A stretch of DNA of 20,000 nucleotides, taken from NCBI RefSeq assembly GCF_004010195.1, contig NC_057756.1, forward strand, positions 7,500,246-7,520,245, given 5' to 3'. This document shows positions 10,760 to 20,000 of the stretch, piece after piece; position 1 is the first letter of the stretch; every line of letters begins with the position of its first letter. The notes below the pieces were generated by a model. The model had not been told where the DNA came from and made no database searches. It saw only the letters and a list, made by a program, of their open reading frames with translations. Made by a program: the position numbers and the translations under genes. This stretch comes from Chiloscyllium plagiosum. Lineage: Eukaryota.

Positions 10760-10900
10760 TTGGAAAACTTGGGAAGAGTCAGCTGGAATTTTTGAAATGG
10801 AGATTAATTTTAGTCAACTCCCCAGAATTGTTTGAATGTGTTACGTTTGCTATTGATAAAGGGGAGCTCATTGATGTATTTCATTTGGATTCCAAGGTCA
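10760..10900 (+). mobile_element. Old CR1 RT fragment
   Basis: Translates to ...ELFECVTFAIDKGELIDVFHLDSK, a decayed EFFE.VT..VDKG..VDV.YLDF.K motif. Confidence 0.7.
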
Positions 10901-13891
10901 CTGTACAAGAAGGACGAGTTGCACCTGAACTGGAGAAGCACCAATATCCTGGGAGGGAGGTTTGCTGGAGCTCTTTGGGATAATTTAAACTGGATTGGCA
11001 GGAGCTTGGGAACCTGAGCTATGGACCTGATAATGGATTAGGTAGTGAACAGTTAGATATAGCGTGCAGAGAGTCTGTGATGAGGGATCGGCACTTGATA
11101 GGGCTACGGTGCAGTCAGTGTGATGGAATAAGTGTGGTGAACTAAGCGCACAGATCAGTATTAGGACATATGATGTTTTGGCCATTACGGAGACTTGGAT
11201 ATTACAGTGGTAGGAATGATTGTTCGATATTCCAGAGTTTAGATGTTTCAAAAGGAATGGGGGTGGGGGCGTGGAGGTAAAGGAAGTGAAGGGGTGGCAT
11301 TGCTAATCAGTGAGAGTGTTACTGCTGTCGAAAGGGAAGTCGTCGAAGACGATTGAGTATGCGTGGAAGTCAGAAACTGGAAAGGAGCAGTCACTTAATT
11401 TGGAGTTTTCTCCAGGCCCTCCTATAGCAACAGAGAGATGGAGGAGCAAATTGGGAGGCAGAAATTGGAAAGGTGCAGATGTAATAGGGTTGTTGTCTTG
11501 AGTGACTTTAACTTCTCTAATATTGATTGGAACCTATTAAATTCAATTAGTTTGGATGGAGCAGTTTTTGTCAGTGTGTCAAGGAAGGATTTCTGACACA
11601 ATATTTAGATAGGGCAAGTAGAGGCGAGGCCAATTTGGATTTGGTGTTTGGCACCGAACAGGCCAGTTGGCCCACCTCTCGGTGGAAGAACATTTCAGTG
11701 ACAGTGATCACCACTCCCTGACCTTTGCTGCAGTCAAGAAGAGGGTCAGGGGAAAATGGTATGAGAAAGTAATTGGGTGTGAGGGAATTTCAATGCTAGT
11801 AGGCAGGAATTGAGGCACCTAAATTGGGAACAAATGTTCTAAGGGAGATGGACAACAGAAATGTGGAGGTTGTTTAGGAAGCATGTGCTGATAGTGCTGG
11901 GCAGGCTTTTCTCACTGAGGCAAGGAAGGCATGATATTTTGAAAGAAACTTGGATGACTTGGAATGAGGAACATCTCGTCAAGAGAAAGAAAGGAACTTA
12001 CTTAAGGTTGAGGAGGCAAGAATCAGACAAGGCTTTAGAGGGTTACAGGGTAGCCAGGAAGGAACTGAAGAATGGACTTAGGAGAACTGGAAGGGGGCAT
12101 GAAAAAGCTTTAGTGGATAGGATAAAGAAAACCCTAAGGCATTCTACACTTATATGAGGAACAGGAGGATGGTCAGACTTGGGGAAGGCCGGATCGGAGG
12201 TAGTAAAGGGAACTTGCTCTTGGGATCAGAGGAAGTAGGGGGAGGTCCTTATTGAATGTTTTACTTTAGTATTCACTACTGAGTGAAACCTTGATGCTTC
12301 TGAAGAGAGCATGAAACAGACTGCTATGCTCAAATAGATTGATGTACTGAAGAAGGATGTACTGAAAATTTTGAAAAATATCAAAATAGATAAATCTCCT
12401 GGACCAGATGTCATCTATCCAAAGTTTCTACAGGAAGACAGAAAAGAGATTGTTGTGCGTTTGGAAATGATTTTTTTGTGTCCTCACTGTTCACTGGAGT
12501 AGTGCCAGATTGGCAACTATTATTCCCTTATTCCAAAAAGGGAATAGGGATAATCCTGGCAATTACGGACCAGTCAGTCTAACTCCAGTAGTGAGCAAAC
12601 TATTGGAGAGGATTCTGAGAGAAAGGATTTATGGTTACTTGGAAAACCGCAGTTTGATTTGAGATAGTCAGCATGACTTTGTGAGGGGCAGGTCATGCCT
12701 CACAAACGTTAGTGAATTCTTTGAAATGTGACAAAACACATTGTTGAAGATAGAGCAGTGGATGTGGTGCCCATGAGATATAGCAAGGCATTTGCTGAGG
12801 TTTTTCATGGTAGGCCTATTCAGAAAATAAGGAAATTTAGCTGTCTGGATACAGACTTGACTGGCCGATGGTGGTAGGAGATGGAAAGTATTCAGCGTGG
12901 ATCTCAGTGACAAGTGGTGTTTCACTGGGACCTTTGCTCTTTGTGATTTTTATAAATGACTTGGATGAGAAAGTGGAAGGGTGGGTTAGTAGTTTTGCCG
13001 ATAACACGAAGGTTGGCTAGTGTGGAGGGTTGTTTTAGGTTGCAACCGGACATTGAGAGAATGCAGAGCTGGGCTGATAACTGGCAGATGGAGCTCACCC
13101 TGGAAAGGTGTGAAGTGATTCACTTTGGAAGTTAAAATTTGAATGCAGGGTTAAAGGCTGGATTCTTGGCAGCGTAGAGGAATAGAGGAATCTTGGGATC
13201 TACGTCTAAAGAGCCCTCAAAGTTGCCACTCAGATTGATAGATTTGTTCCAAAGGCCTATGGTGTGTTGGCTTTCACTAGCAGGGTGATTGAGTTCAAGA
13301 GCCGTGAGGTTATGCTGCAGCTCTAAAGAGCTCTGGTTAGACCACACCTGAAATATTGTGTTCAGTTCTGGTCGCCTCATCATAGGAAACATCTGGAAAC
13401 TTTAGAGAGGGAGCAGAGGAGATCCAGGATGCTGCTTGGACTGGAGGGCATGTCTTCTGAAGAAAGGTTAAGGGGCCAAAGCTTTTCTCATTGGAGCAAA
13501 GAAGAATGAGATGTAACTTGATAAAGATGTACAGGATGTTAACAGCCATCGATAGAGTGGATAGGCAGTGACTTTATCGCATGGCAGAAACGTCCATCAT
13601 TCGGAGCATGGTTTAAGGCATTTGAAGGAATGTTTAGGGCAGATGTTTGCAGTCAGTTCCTTGCACATAAATTAGTGCGTGCATGGAATGCACTGTCAGT
13701 AGTAGTAGTAGTAGTAGAGTCAGATACATTAGGGGCATTTAAGCAAATCTTGGATAGGCACACGGGACATAGTACAATGAATGGTATGTAGCTTAGTCTG
13801 ATCTTAGAGCAGTATGAACGGATGGCACAACACTGAGTGCCCAATGACCAGTACTGTGCTGTACCGTTCTCTGTTCTATGTTCTGTGTTCT
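10901..13891 (+). mobile_element. Long decayed CR1 LINE: end of ORF1 esterase, APE endonuclease, RT, 3' UTR and tail
   Basis: LYKKDELHLNWRSTNILGGRFA (SGNH esterase DxxH block), AITETW (~11181), DFNFSNIDW (~11503), SDH (11703), KSPGPD (12392), NY.PVSLT, FADNTK (12994), VRPHL.YCVQFWSP and a (GTTCTAT)n-like tail at 13866-13891. Confidence 0.93.
13698..13717 (+). repeat. (AGT)n microsatellite inside the LINE
   Basis: agtagtagtagtagtagtag, 6 full units plus AG. Confidence 0.9.
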
Positions 13892-15262
13892 TAGCTGAAG
13901 CCCAACGGGACTTCAAACAGGCACTACAACTTGAAAATGCGGCAAGTGGACCATTTGAGTTCCAGGGTATTCTGACACAAGTGGACATCCTCAGTAGGAC
14001 AACTGAGCTTGGGGGACACCACTTAAGTGAAAGTATTTGCATAGCGTCACTAAGGAGATATCCTGAACAGAGGGTCATCAGGTCAGCCCACATCAAAATC
14101 CCGAAACAAAGCCAAGTCCTGATCAAATTTTCTCAACAATCCAGGCCAGCAGGCCATTGTAGTTGCTGCTGGTATGCGAACTTGAAGATTCTGCACTGCC
14201 TGAATTAAACAAGAGAGCTCACAAGCCAGTATACAGAGTAGTGCACACCCTGGAACGTTCACCTTTAGCTGGTTTTGAACAGTGAAATTGTGTTGCAACA
14301 ACCAAATCAGAACCCCAACAAAATAAACGTCTAGCTAAATGGTCTCCAGTTCTCATGGACTTTGAAACAAATGTGCTTTTTTCAGTCTTGAACAAAATTC
14401 GCTCTGGACTCAAATCCTTAAGACCTTGGCCAGACTGAGAGTCTATGCTGGGAAACCTTTACAGACAAAGGGAACAACTTTGATTCTGGTCTGTTATGAG
14501 AAGCAACTGGTTCATTTCGCATTGGTTGTAGTAAAAGGCTCGGGCCCAAGCCTGATGACCCTGATTTTTTGAGAAACTTTCAAATGAATTAGCTCAACAT
14601 TTTTCGACTAGAATATGCTGGCTGAATGAAGTCCTTATTAATACCCAGACGTTTCTCAGGAAAATCGAGGAACTGTCAAACGGGTGTAGGGCACCTTATA
14701 TGTTGACCAGGAAACAAATCCATGATTCTGCAAGTCCCACGCAGTGCCATTTGCCTTACGGGCAAAAGGAGAGGCAGAAATCCAGGAAGTTGGAAAGGGA
14801 AGGAAGATTGAACCTGTCTACTTTGCAGAATGGGCAGCACTGGCCTACTGATTGTGAAGCCCAAAGGGTTGTTTTGTGATTGTGGGGATTTAAAGCAAAG
14901 TGTAGACTGCTTTTCACAGCTGGCTGAATACCCAGCCTTGTGCGTACTGGGCTCATATGAAAAACTGGCAAGAAGTTGTTCCTTCACAAAACTGGATGAT
15001 CCATGTGTACAAGTGGTTAGATGAGGAATCCCAGATGTATGCAACAATTCATGCCCATAAAGGTTTGTACTAATATACGAGACTGCCATCAGCCTGTGCC
15101 ATTTTCCAACTGACAATGGAGAGCATTTTCCTAGAGATACCCCAAGTCTGCATTTATCTGGGTAATGTGTCAAGAAAGAGAAAAATCAATAAAGTGCACT
15201 GAGAGAACTTGGAAACGACGCTTAAACATTTCTCCAAGTTGAGTGCACATTTCAGGAAGGAA
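13892..15262 (+). mobile_element. Decayed Gypsy/Ty3 LTR-retrotransposon internal region (gag, protease, RT)
   Basis: Gag-like LAEAQRDFKQALQLENAASG, protease-end VVKGSGPSLM (~14527), and RT motifs VPFALR, EWAA (14828), IVKP...CGDLK, FTKLD, HKGLY.YTRLP, AIFQ.TME and YLGN in place of YLDD (15155-15166). Confidence 0.85.
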
Positions 15263-15279
15263 GGTATCCGTATAAATAA

Positions 15280-16440
15280 CATCCATTGACTTACTTCTGC
15301 CCACCAGCATTGTCACCTCTTTAATACTGAACTTTGCAGGCGTGACCTAACCTCTATGAATCTATGCTGACTCTCTCTGATTAGCAGGCATTTTTGAAGC
15401 GATTGTTACCCTACTCTTGATTACAGATTCTAACAATTTCCCCATCACAGAAGTCAGGCTGACTCATCTGTAATTCCCTGGTTTCAATCTGTCTCCCGTC
15501 TCAAAGAGTGGAATGACATGAGCAAATTTCCAAATCCAGAGGTACAACTACTGAATCCAGGGAATTCTGAAACATTATGGTGAGGACATTGGCAAAATGT
15601 TCTCCTACCTCCTTTAATGCCCACAGATGGAAGCCATCAGAATTTGTCATCTACAATTCAATTCATTTCATAGAAGATCATAGAATCTCGCCAGTGTGCA
15701 ACCAGGCCTTTCGGCTCAACAAGTCCACACCGACCTTCTGAAGAGTAACCGATCCAGACCCATTCCCCTACCCAATGACTCTCCATTAACCCCTCATTAA
15801 TGCACCTGACCTGCACATCACTGAATACTGTGGGCAAAGTAGTGTGGGCAATTAACTTAAACTGCTCATTTTTGGATTGTGGGAGGTAACTGGAGCACAC
15901 AGAGGAAACCCACGCAGACACCGGAAGAATGTGCAAACTCCACACAGGCAGTGGCTCGGGGCTAGAATCAAGCCTGGATCCCTCACGCTGTGCTGCAGCA
16001 GTACTAAACACTGAGCTGCCGTGCTGCCCCATTTCCCCATTACTGATGATATATTTTTGCTGATTTTATTGAGATATTGCCCTGATCTTCTATTACTTAC
16101 TGTGAAACTTCCAGCAGACTACCCTTCTTTTCTGGTCTCAATCCTGAAACAAATTAATCGTTCAGCATGTCTGCTATTTCAACACTATCATTGAAAATAT
16201 CCCCACTCTCAGCCTTCAGTGGGGACCAGCATTAATCTAAGCAGCTGCATTCCCTTTCTCTAACCAGAAAATCATTTCTTACTGTATTTTACATTCTGTG
16301 GATATTTCCTTTCATCATCCTTTTTAGCTGATCTGATAAACTGCTTTGTGACCTACCATGTCAATCCATATCTTTGTCACTTGCTGTGGGACGTGGTGAT
16401 GGTTCTCTGTGTTTTTTTTCATTTTATGCTGCTCTTGACT
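15280..16440 (-). mobile_element. Decayed CR1 ORF2 fragment, interrupted by an HE1 SINE
   Basis: The minus strand gives DGFH..LKEVGE, FQNSLDS.VVPLD, VIPLF, KPGNYR.VSLTSVMGKLLESVIK (15400-15640). Weaker linker-region similarity continues at 16040-16440. Confidence 0.75.
15670..16029 (-). mobile_element. HE1-type tRNA-derived V-SINE
   Basis: The minus strand starts GGGCAGCACGGCAGCTCAGTGTTTAGTACTGCTGC, has the V-domain TGTGGAGTTTGCACATTCTTCCGGTGTCTGCGTGGGTTTCC and the tail GATTCTATGATCTTCTAT. Candidate TSD CATTTC at 15664-15669 and 16030-16035. Confidence 0.92.
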
Positions 16441-16623
16441 TGTTTGATCTGGAAGGGTTAGTGCACTGCAGAAATGATGGAACAGTTGCTAAAGACGAAT
16501 GATGAATGGAGATATTATTTCTAAATATTCGTTGCAATTCTCCCACTGTTAGCTTTTTTCTAAAAAAAAAACTTGCTACGCACAGTATTTATCTTTGAAA
16601 GATAGTGCTGTTGTTTTTTTATT

Positions 16624-16860
16624 GAGTAGAGGAGATTGAGAGAGGATATGATCGAAGTGCATAAAATTATAAGGGGCATGGACAGGGTTGATAGGAAAAA
16701 CATTTTCTCCTTCATGGTGAGATCAATGTGCAGGGGCATAGACTTAAGTGAGGGGCAAAGGTTATTAGAGGAGATGCGAAGTAAACACTTGGTCGCATTC
16801 AGGGTAGATGGAATTTATAAGAATGTTACCAACACTGGACAGCTTGAATTTTAAGGAGTG
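16624..16860 (+). mobile_element. CR1 3' fragment
   Basis: RRLREDMIEVHKIIRGMDRVDRK, the CR1 ORF2 C-terminal motif. Confidence 0.8.
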
Positions 16861-16866
16861 ACTGGA

Positions 16867-17135
16867 TAGAGTCAGAGCCAGAGTCATACAGCATGAAAAC
16901 ACGGGACCTTTTTCCCTGAAACTTTGGAGGCTGAGTGGAGACCCTTTTGAGTTCAATAAACTCATGAGGGGCATGGAAAGGTTGAATAGGCAAGGTCTTT
17001 TCACCAGGGTAGGGGGTGTTCAAGGTAGAGGGCATAGGTTTAGGGTGAGAGGGGAAAGTTTTAAAAGGGACCTAAGGATGAACGTTTTCACGCAGAGGGT
17101 GGTGCATATGTGGAATGAGCTGCCAGAGGAAGTGG
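16867..17135. mobile_element. Antisense CR1 tail (16867-16902) joined to a sense CR1 3' fragment (16903-17135)
   Basis: agagtcatacagcatgaaaaca is a reverse-complement tail. It is followed by MRGMERLNRQGLF...RGHRFRVRG..FKRDLR.NVFTQRVV..WNELPEEV on the + strand. Confidence 0.75.
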
Positions 17136-17607
17136 AGGATGATGATGTCCTTGCTTAACACATTTAATCCCTCCTTTTTTTGTTGAACAGTTACAGGGTT
17201 TTTCTTTCAAAGAATAGTTTACAGCAAGAAGCGCTGATATTTCCATTCTCAGCGAGTGACATGAATGGAAAGCAGTGAAATCCATTCACTAACATATTGC
17301 TAGTACTAAGGATGTTTTTTCCGGTTTTCAACGTAATTAGTGATTTGAAATGTACTTTCCAGAAATTTAGACAAATGTAACAAGTTTTGGAAAGGCAAAT
17401 CGGGACAGGACTTCTACACTTAATGGTAAGGTCCAGAGGGCCGTTGCCAAACAAAGAGACCTTGGGGTACAAGTTCATAGTTCCTTGAAAGTGGAGTCAC
17501 ACGTTGACAGTATAGAAAAGCAGATGTTTAATACACTTACCTTTTTTGGCAGTGCGTTAGTATAGGAGTTGGGATGTCATGTTGTGGCTGTACAGATGTT
17601 GGTTCGG

Positions 17608-17710
17608 GGAGAAAGTGAGGACTGCAGATGCTGGAGATCAGAGCAGCAGGTCAGGCAGCATCCAAGGAGCAGGAGAATCGACGTTTCGGGCATAAGCCCT
17701 TCTTCAGGAA
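17608..17710 (-). mobile_element. Short non-autonomous Penelope-derived (retrozyme-like) element with a 9-bp TSD
   Basis: Flanked by perfect TTGGTTCGG direct repeats (17599-17607 and 17711-17719). Absent from the paralogous site (single ttggttcag at 5264-5272). Carries a hammerhead motif. Confidence 0.88.
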
Positions 17711-17711
17711 T
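17676..17711 (-). ncRNA. Minimal type I hammerhead ribozyme motif with intact catalytic core
   Basis: Minus strand ATTC-CTGAAGA-A-GGGC-TTAT-GCCC-GAAA-CG-TC-GATT: CUGANGA, a perfect 4-bp stem II, GAAA, a palindromic ACGU stem III and a GUC triplet (predicted cut between 17680 and 17679). Confidence 0.85.
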
Positions 17712-19145
17712 TGGTTCGGCCAATTCTAGAAAATTACGATCAATTCTGCTCTCCCTGCTCCAGGAAAGATGGTGTTAACTTTGAAAGTGTGCAAAAAAGA
17801 TTTACAAGGATGTCGCCGGTGTTGGAAAGTCTGAGCTACAGGAAAAGGCTGGATAGGCTGGGGTTTTTCTTCATGGAGCACCGAAGGCTGAGGGGCATGG
17901 ATAGAGTGACTGGTCAAGGTATTCCCTCCAGGGTGAGAGAGTCGAAATCTAGATGGCATTGGTTTAAGGTGAGAGGGGAAGGGGTTAAAAGGGATTCTAG
18001 GGGCAACGTTTTCATGCAGAGGGAGATGCATGTATGGAATGAACTGCCAGATAAAATGGTGGAGGCCGGTGCAAATTCAACTTTTAAAAGGAATCTGGAA
18101 GGGCACATCAGCAGGGTGATTTGAGAGGAATATTGGCTAAATTCTGCAAAATGGGACTTGATTAATTTAGGATATCTGTTCAGTGTGCACGAGTTGAACT
18201 GAAGGGTCTGGTCCCCTGCTGTACATCTCAATGACTCTAAGTGACTGAAAGCAATTGTTGGGGGCTTGGGGTACAGAATAGACAATTGGTTGTGTACATG
18301 GAGAGAGCAAACCATGTGCAAGACCAAGTTTAAATATATACTTTCTCGTATGAAAGAATTCTTTATTTCTCTTATTTTGAAGGCAGCCTTTGTTAAACTG
18401 TTCAATCACTTGACAGCTTCATTTGATTATAGTTATGTTCATCAATGGGTTCATTTATCTTACAGCATATTTCAGTTTTTCAGTGGTTATCCCACTGTCC
18501 TTCATGCGGCCAATCCCAAACCATAGGTCCACTTGTTGATTAGTGTGTGAATATGGTCTCTTACCACGAGTGCTGCTGTTCTCATATTCCTGTGGGACAT
18601 TATTAAGAATGCGTCTGTCCTGTAAGACATGATTATTTAATGTAATGGTGTCAAATTCATGATTCTGAACATCACATTTGTAATGTGATGTCATTCAATG
18701 TCAGCTTGCATTGTGATCATGTTAAAATGAGTCCTTAGAACATTTAAATCCAAAGCTCCTTGGCTAGAAGGACAGCTTGGTTAATTGTTGAGAACACAGA
18801 AATACAGTTTTATACCTTGTTCATTTTTGAAATATTCTTCCATTAACAGAATGATGCGCATTAAGCCAATAGAACATGTTCAATCTGATTTTGTATACAA
18901 TATGTTTTAGTAACATATTCAACTGACCAATTTACACCTACATAGAGATGTTATAATCCTTCATGTTCAACACCACGAACCCATACTCTTTGTTCATATG
19001 ACACAGCTTAATATGGGATGGAAACAGTATTAAAATTCCTTTTACATATTAATATGCTTCCTGATAGCCCTAATGCAATCTCGACTCAAATGGAAGACTG
19101 TTCAAACTGCAATTGCTAAACTAATTTCAGTTCTCCCTCTTACAG

Positions 19146-19757
19146 TTAATGCACTGGCAATTGTAATTCTGTCCCTCAGAAAATGCGGCCTCTGCAGATG
19201 CAATACTCATTACCTGCTGGCCATGGCAACAGCGGATCTGATGTTCGTCATCACTGATGTCATATTGTATCAACTGAATCAGTACTTTTACCAGGGATCA
19301 TTCCTGCACCTCACACCTGTATGCATTGTGATTCAGTTCCTGCTTTTAATGAGATCTGACTGTTCTGTCTGGTTCACTGTCACTTTCTCCGCTGGTCGGC
19401 TTGTCACCATTTGTTGCCGGAAAGTGAAACTGAAATATTGTACCGTGAAAACACTAGCTTTTCATTCTAAAAAAATGCTTCCATTTTCATAACACAGGGA
19501 CCCATGATTGTGGTTGACAATGTACAGTGGTCTTGTCAAATGAAGGCCAGCTGCTATACAGAAGTCGCACGGATGGTTTATGACTGGTTTGATTAGGTGT
19601 TAACACCATTACTCCCATTCAGTTTAGTTTTGCTCTTCAACGTTATGACAGTCAGATACGTTTTAGTGGTGAGTCGGATCCGTAAAGGATTGAGGAGTCA
19701 GAACATGGAAGAAAAGCGCAGTGATCCTGAGATGGAGAGCAGAAGGAAGGCAATGAT
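19146..19757 (+). pseudogene. GPR139-like GPCR pseudogene (copy 2, exon 2)
   Basis: Acceptor ttacAG at 19145. Highly similar to copy 1 (VNALAIVILSLRKCGL...AMATADL). DRF is changed to GRL. 30 nt of TM4 are replaced by CTAG (19454-19457) and there is an extra A in the run at 19469-19475, giving TAA at 19490. In-frame TAG at 19594-19596. Interrupted by a retroelement at ~19758. Confidence 0.92.
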
Positions 19758-19878
19758 AGAACATAGAACATAGAAGAATACAGCGCAGTACAGGCCCTTC
19801 GGCCCTCGATGTTGCGCCGATCCAAGCCCACCTAACCTACACTAGCCCACTAACCACCATAAGCCTATCCAATGCCCG
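19758..19878 (-). mobile_element. Young 5'-truncated CR1 3' end inserted into the pseudogene exon
   Basis: agaacatagaacatagaa is the reverse complement of a (TTCTATG)n tail, followed by cagtacaggcccttcggccc. CpG-rich. Confidence 0.85.
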
Positions 19879-19884
19879 GATAGG

Positions 19885-20000
19885 GAGGGACAGACCACTG
19901 TAAACACCGGAGGAAACATCAAAGAAGCGCTTCGCAGGAGGCTCCCAAGCACTGACGATGTCGCCTAGCCAGGGGACGGAACTTTTGCAACAAAAACTTC
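19885..20000 (+). mobile_element. Penelope-like terminal fragment with a degenerate hammerhead (19949-19988); runs off the window
   Basis: accactgtaaacaccggaggaaacatcaaagaagcgcttcgcaggaggctcccaagcactgacgatgtcgcctagccaggggacggaac aligns with 9006-9095. Confidence 0.8.

Larger units (their letters stand above)
17345..18245 (+). mobile_element. CR1/HER1-type LINE 3' fragment, paralog of 5003-5785, split by a 103-bp insertion
   Basis: VRPILENY.QFCSP..RKD...ESVQKRFTRM...LDRLG...WNELP. Same flanks and same internal deletion as the copy in unit A. Confidence 0.9.
17136..19757 (+). repeat. Segmental tandem duplication unit B, paralogous to 4802-7293
   Basis: Colinear with unit A across intron and exon. 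The acceptor offset is 12488 nt. Confidence 0.93.

Noticed and set aside
13653..14126. 157-aa minus-strand ORF (also the minus ORFs at 14676-15173 and 17914-18405)
   Set aside because: These are antisense read-throughs across TE junctions and microsatellite or tail repeats, with no recognisable domain.
19073..19492. 139-aa ORF as a functional short GPCR
   Set aside because: The ATG is in intron-homologous sequence. The frame shifts in TM4 and terminates, and further lesions follow.
1..20000. CRISPR array or prokaryotic defence/RT system
   Set aside because: No regularly spaced repeats. Spliced gene structure and vertebrate retroposons show the DNA is eukaryotic.

Overview
Vertebrate genomic DNA, almost certainly from a shark (elasmobranch): it carries HE1-type V-SINEs, HER1/CR1-type LINE 3' ends and shark-type Penelope-derived repeats. 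Roughly two thirds of the window is decayed transposable elements: CR1 LINEs, tRNA-derived SINEs, a Gypsy gag-pol relic, a probable solo LTR and Penelope-like fragments. Embedded in this is a tandem pair of class A GPCR genes of the GPR139/GPR142-like type on the + strand. Copy 1 is an intact two-exon gene (3403-3469 + 6658-7568, 325 aa). Copy 2 (exon 2 at 19146-19757) lies about 12.5 kb downstream and is a pseudogene with a frameshift, a premature stop and a retroelement insertion. The most striking non-coding feature is a 103-bp insertion (17608-17710) that carries an intact minimal hammerhead-ribozyme motif, is flanked by a perfect 9-bp target-site duplication, and has its empty site preserved in the paralogous intron. 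Two further degenerate hammerhead motifs occur in Penelope-like ends (9062-9101, 19949-19988). Family names come from motif recognition by eye, not from database searches.
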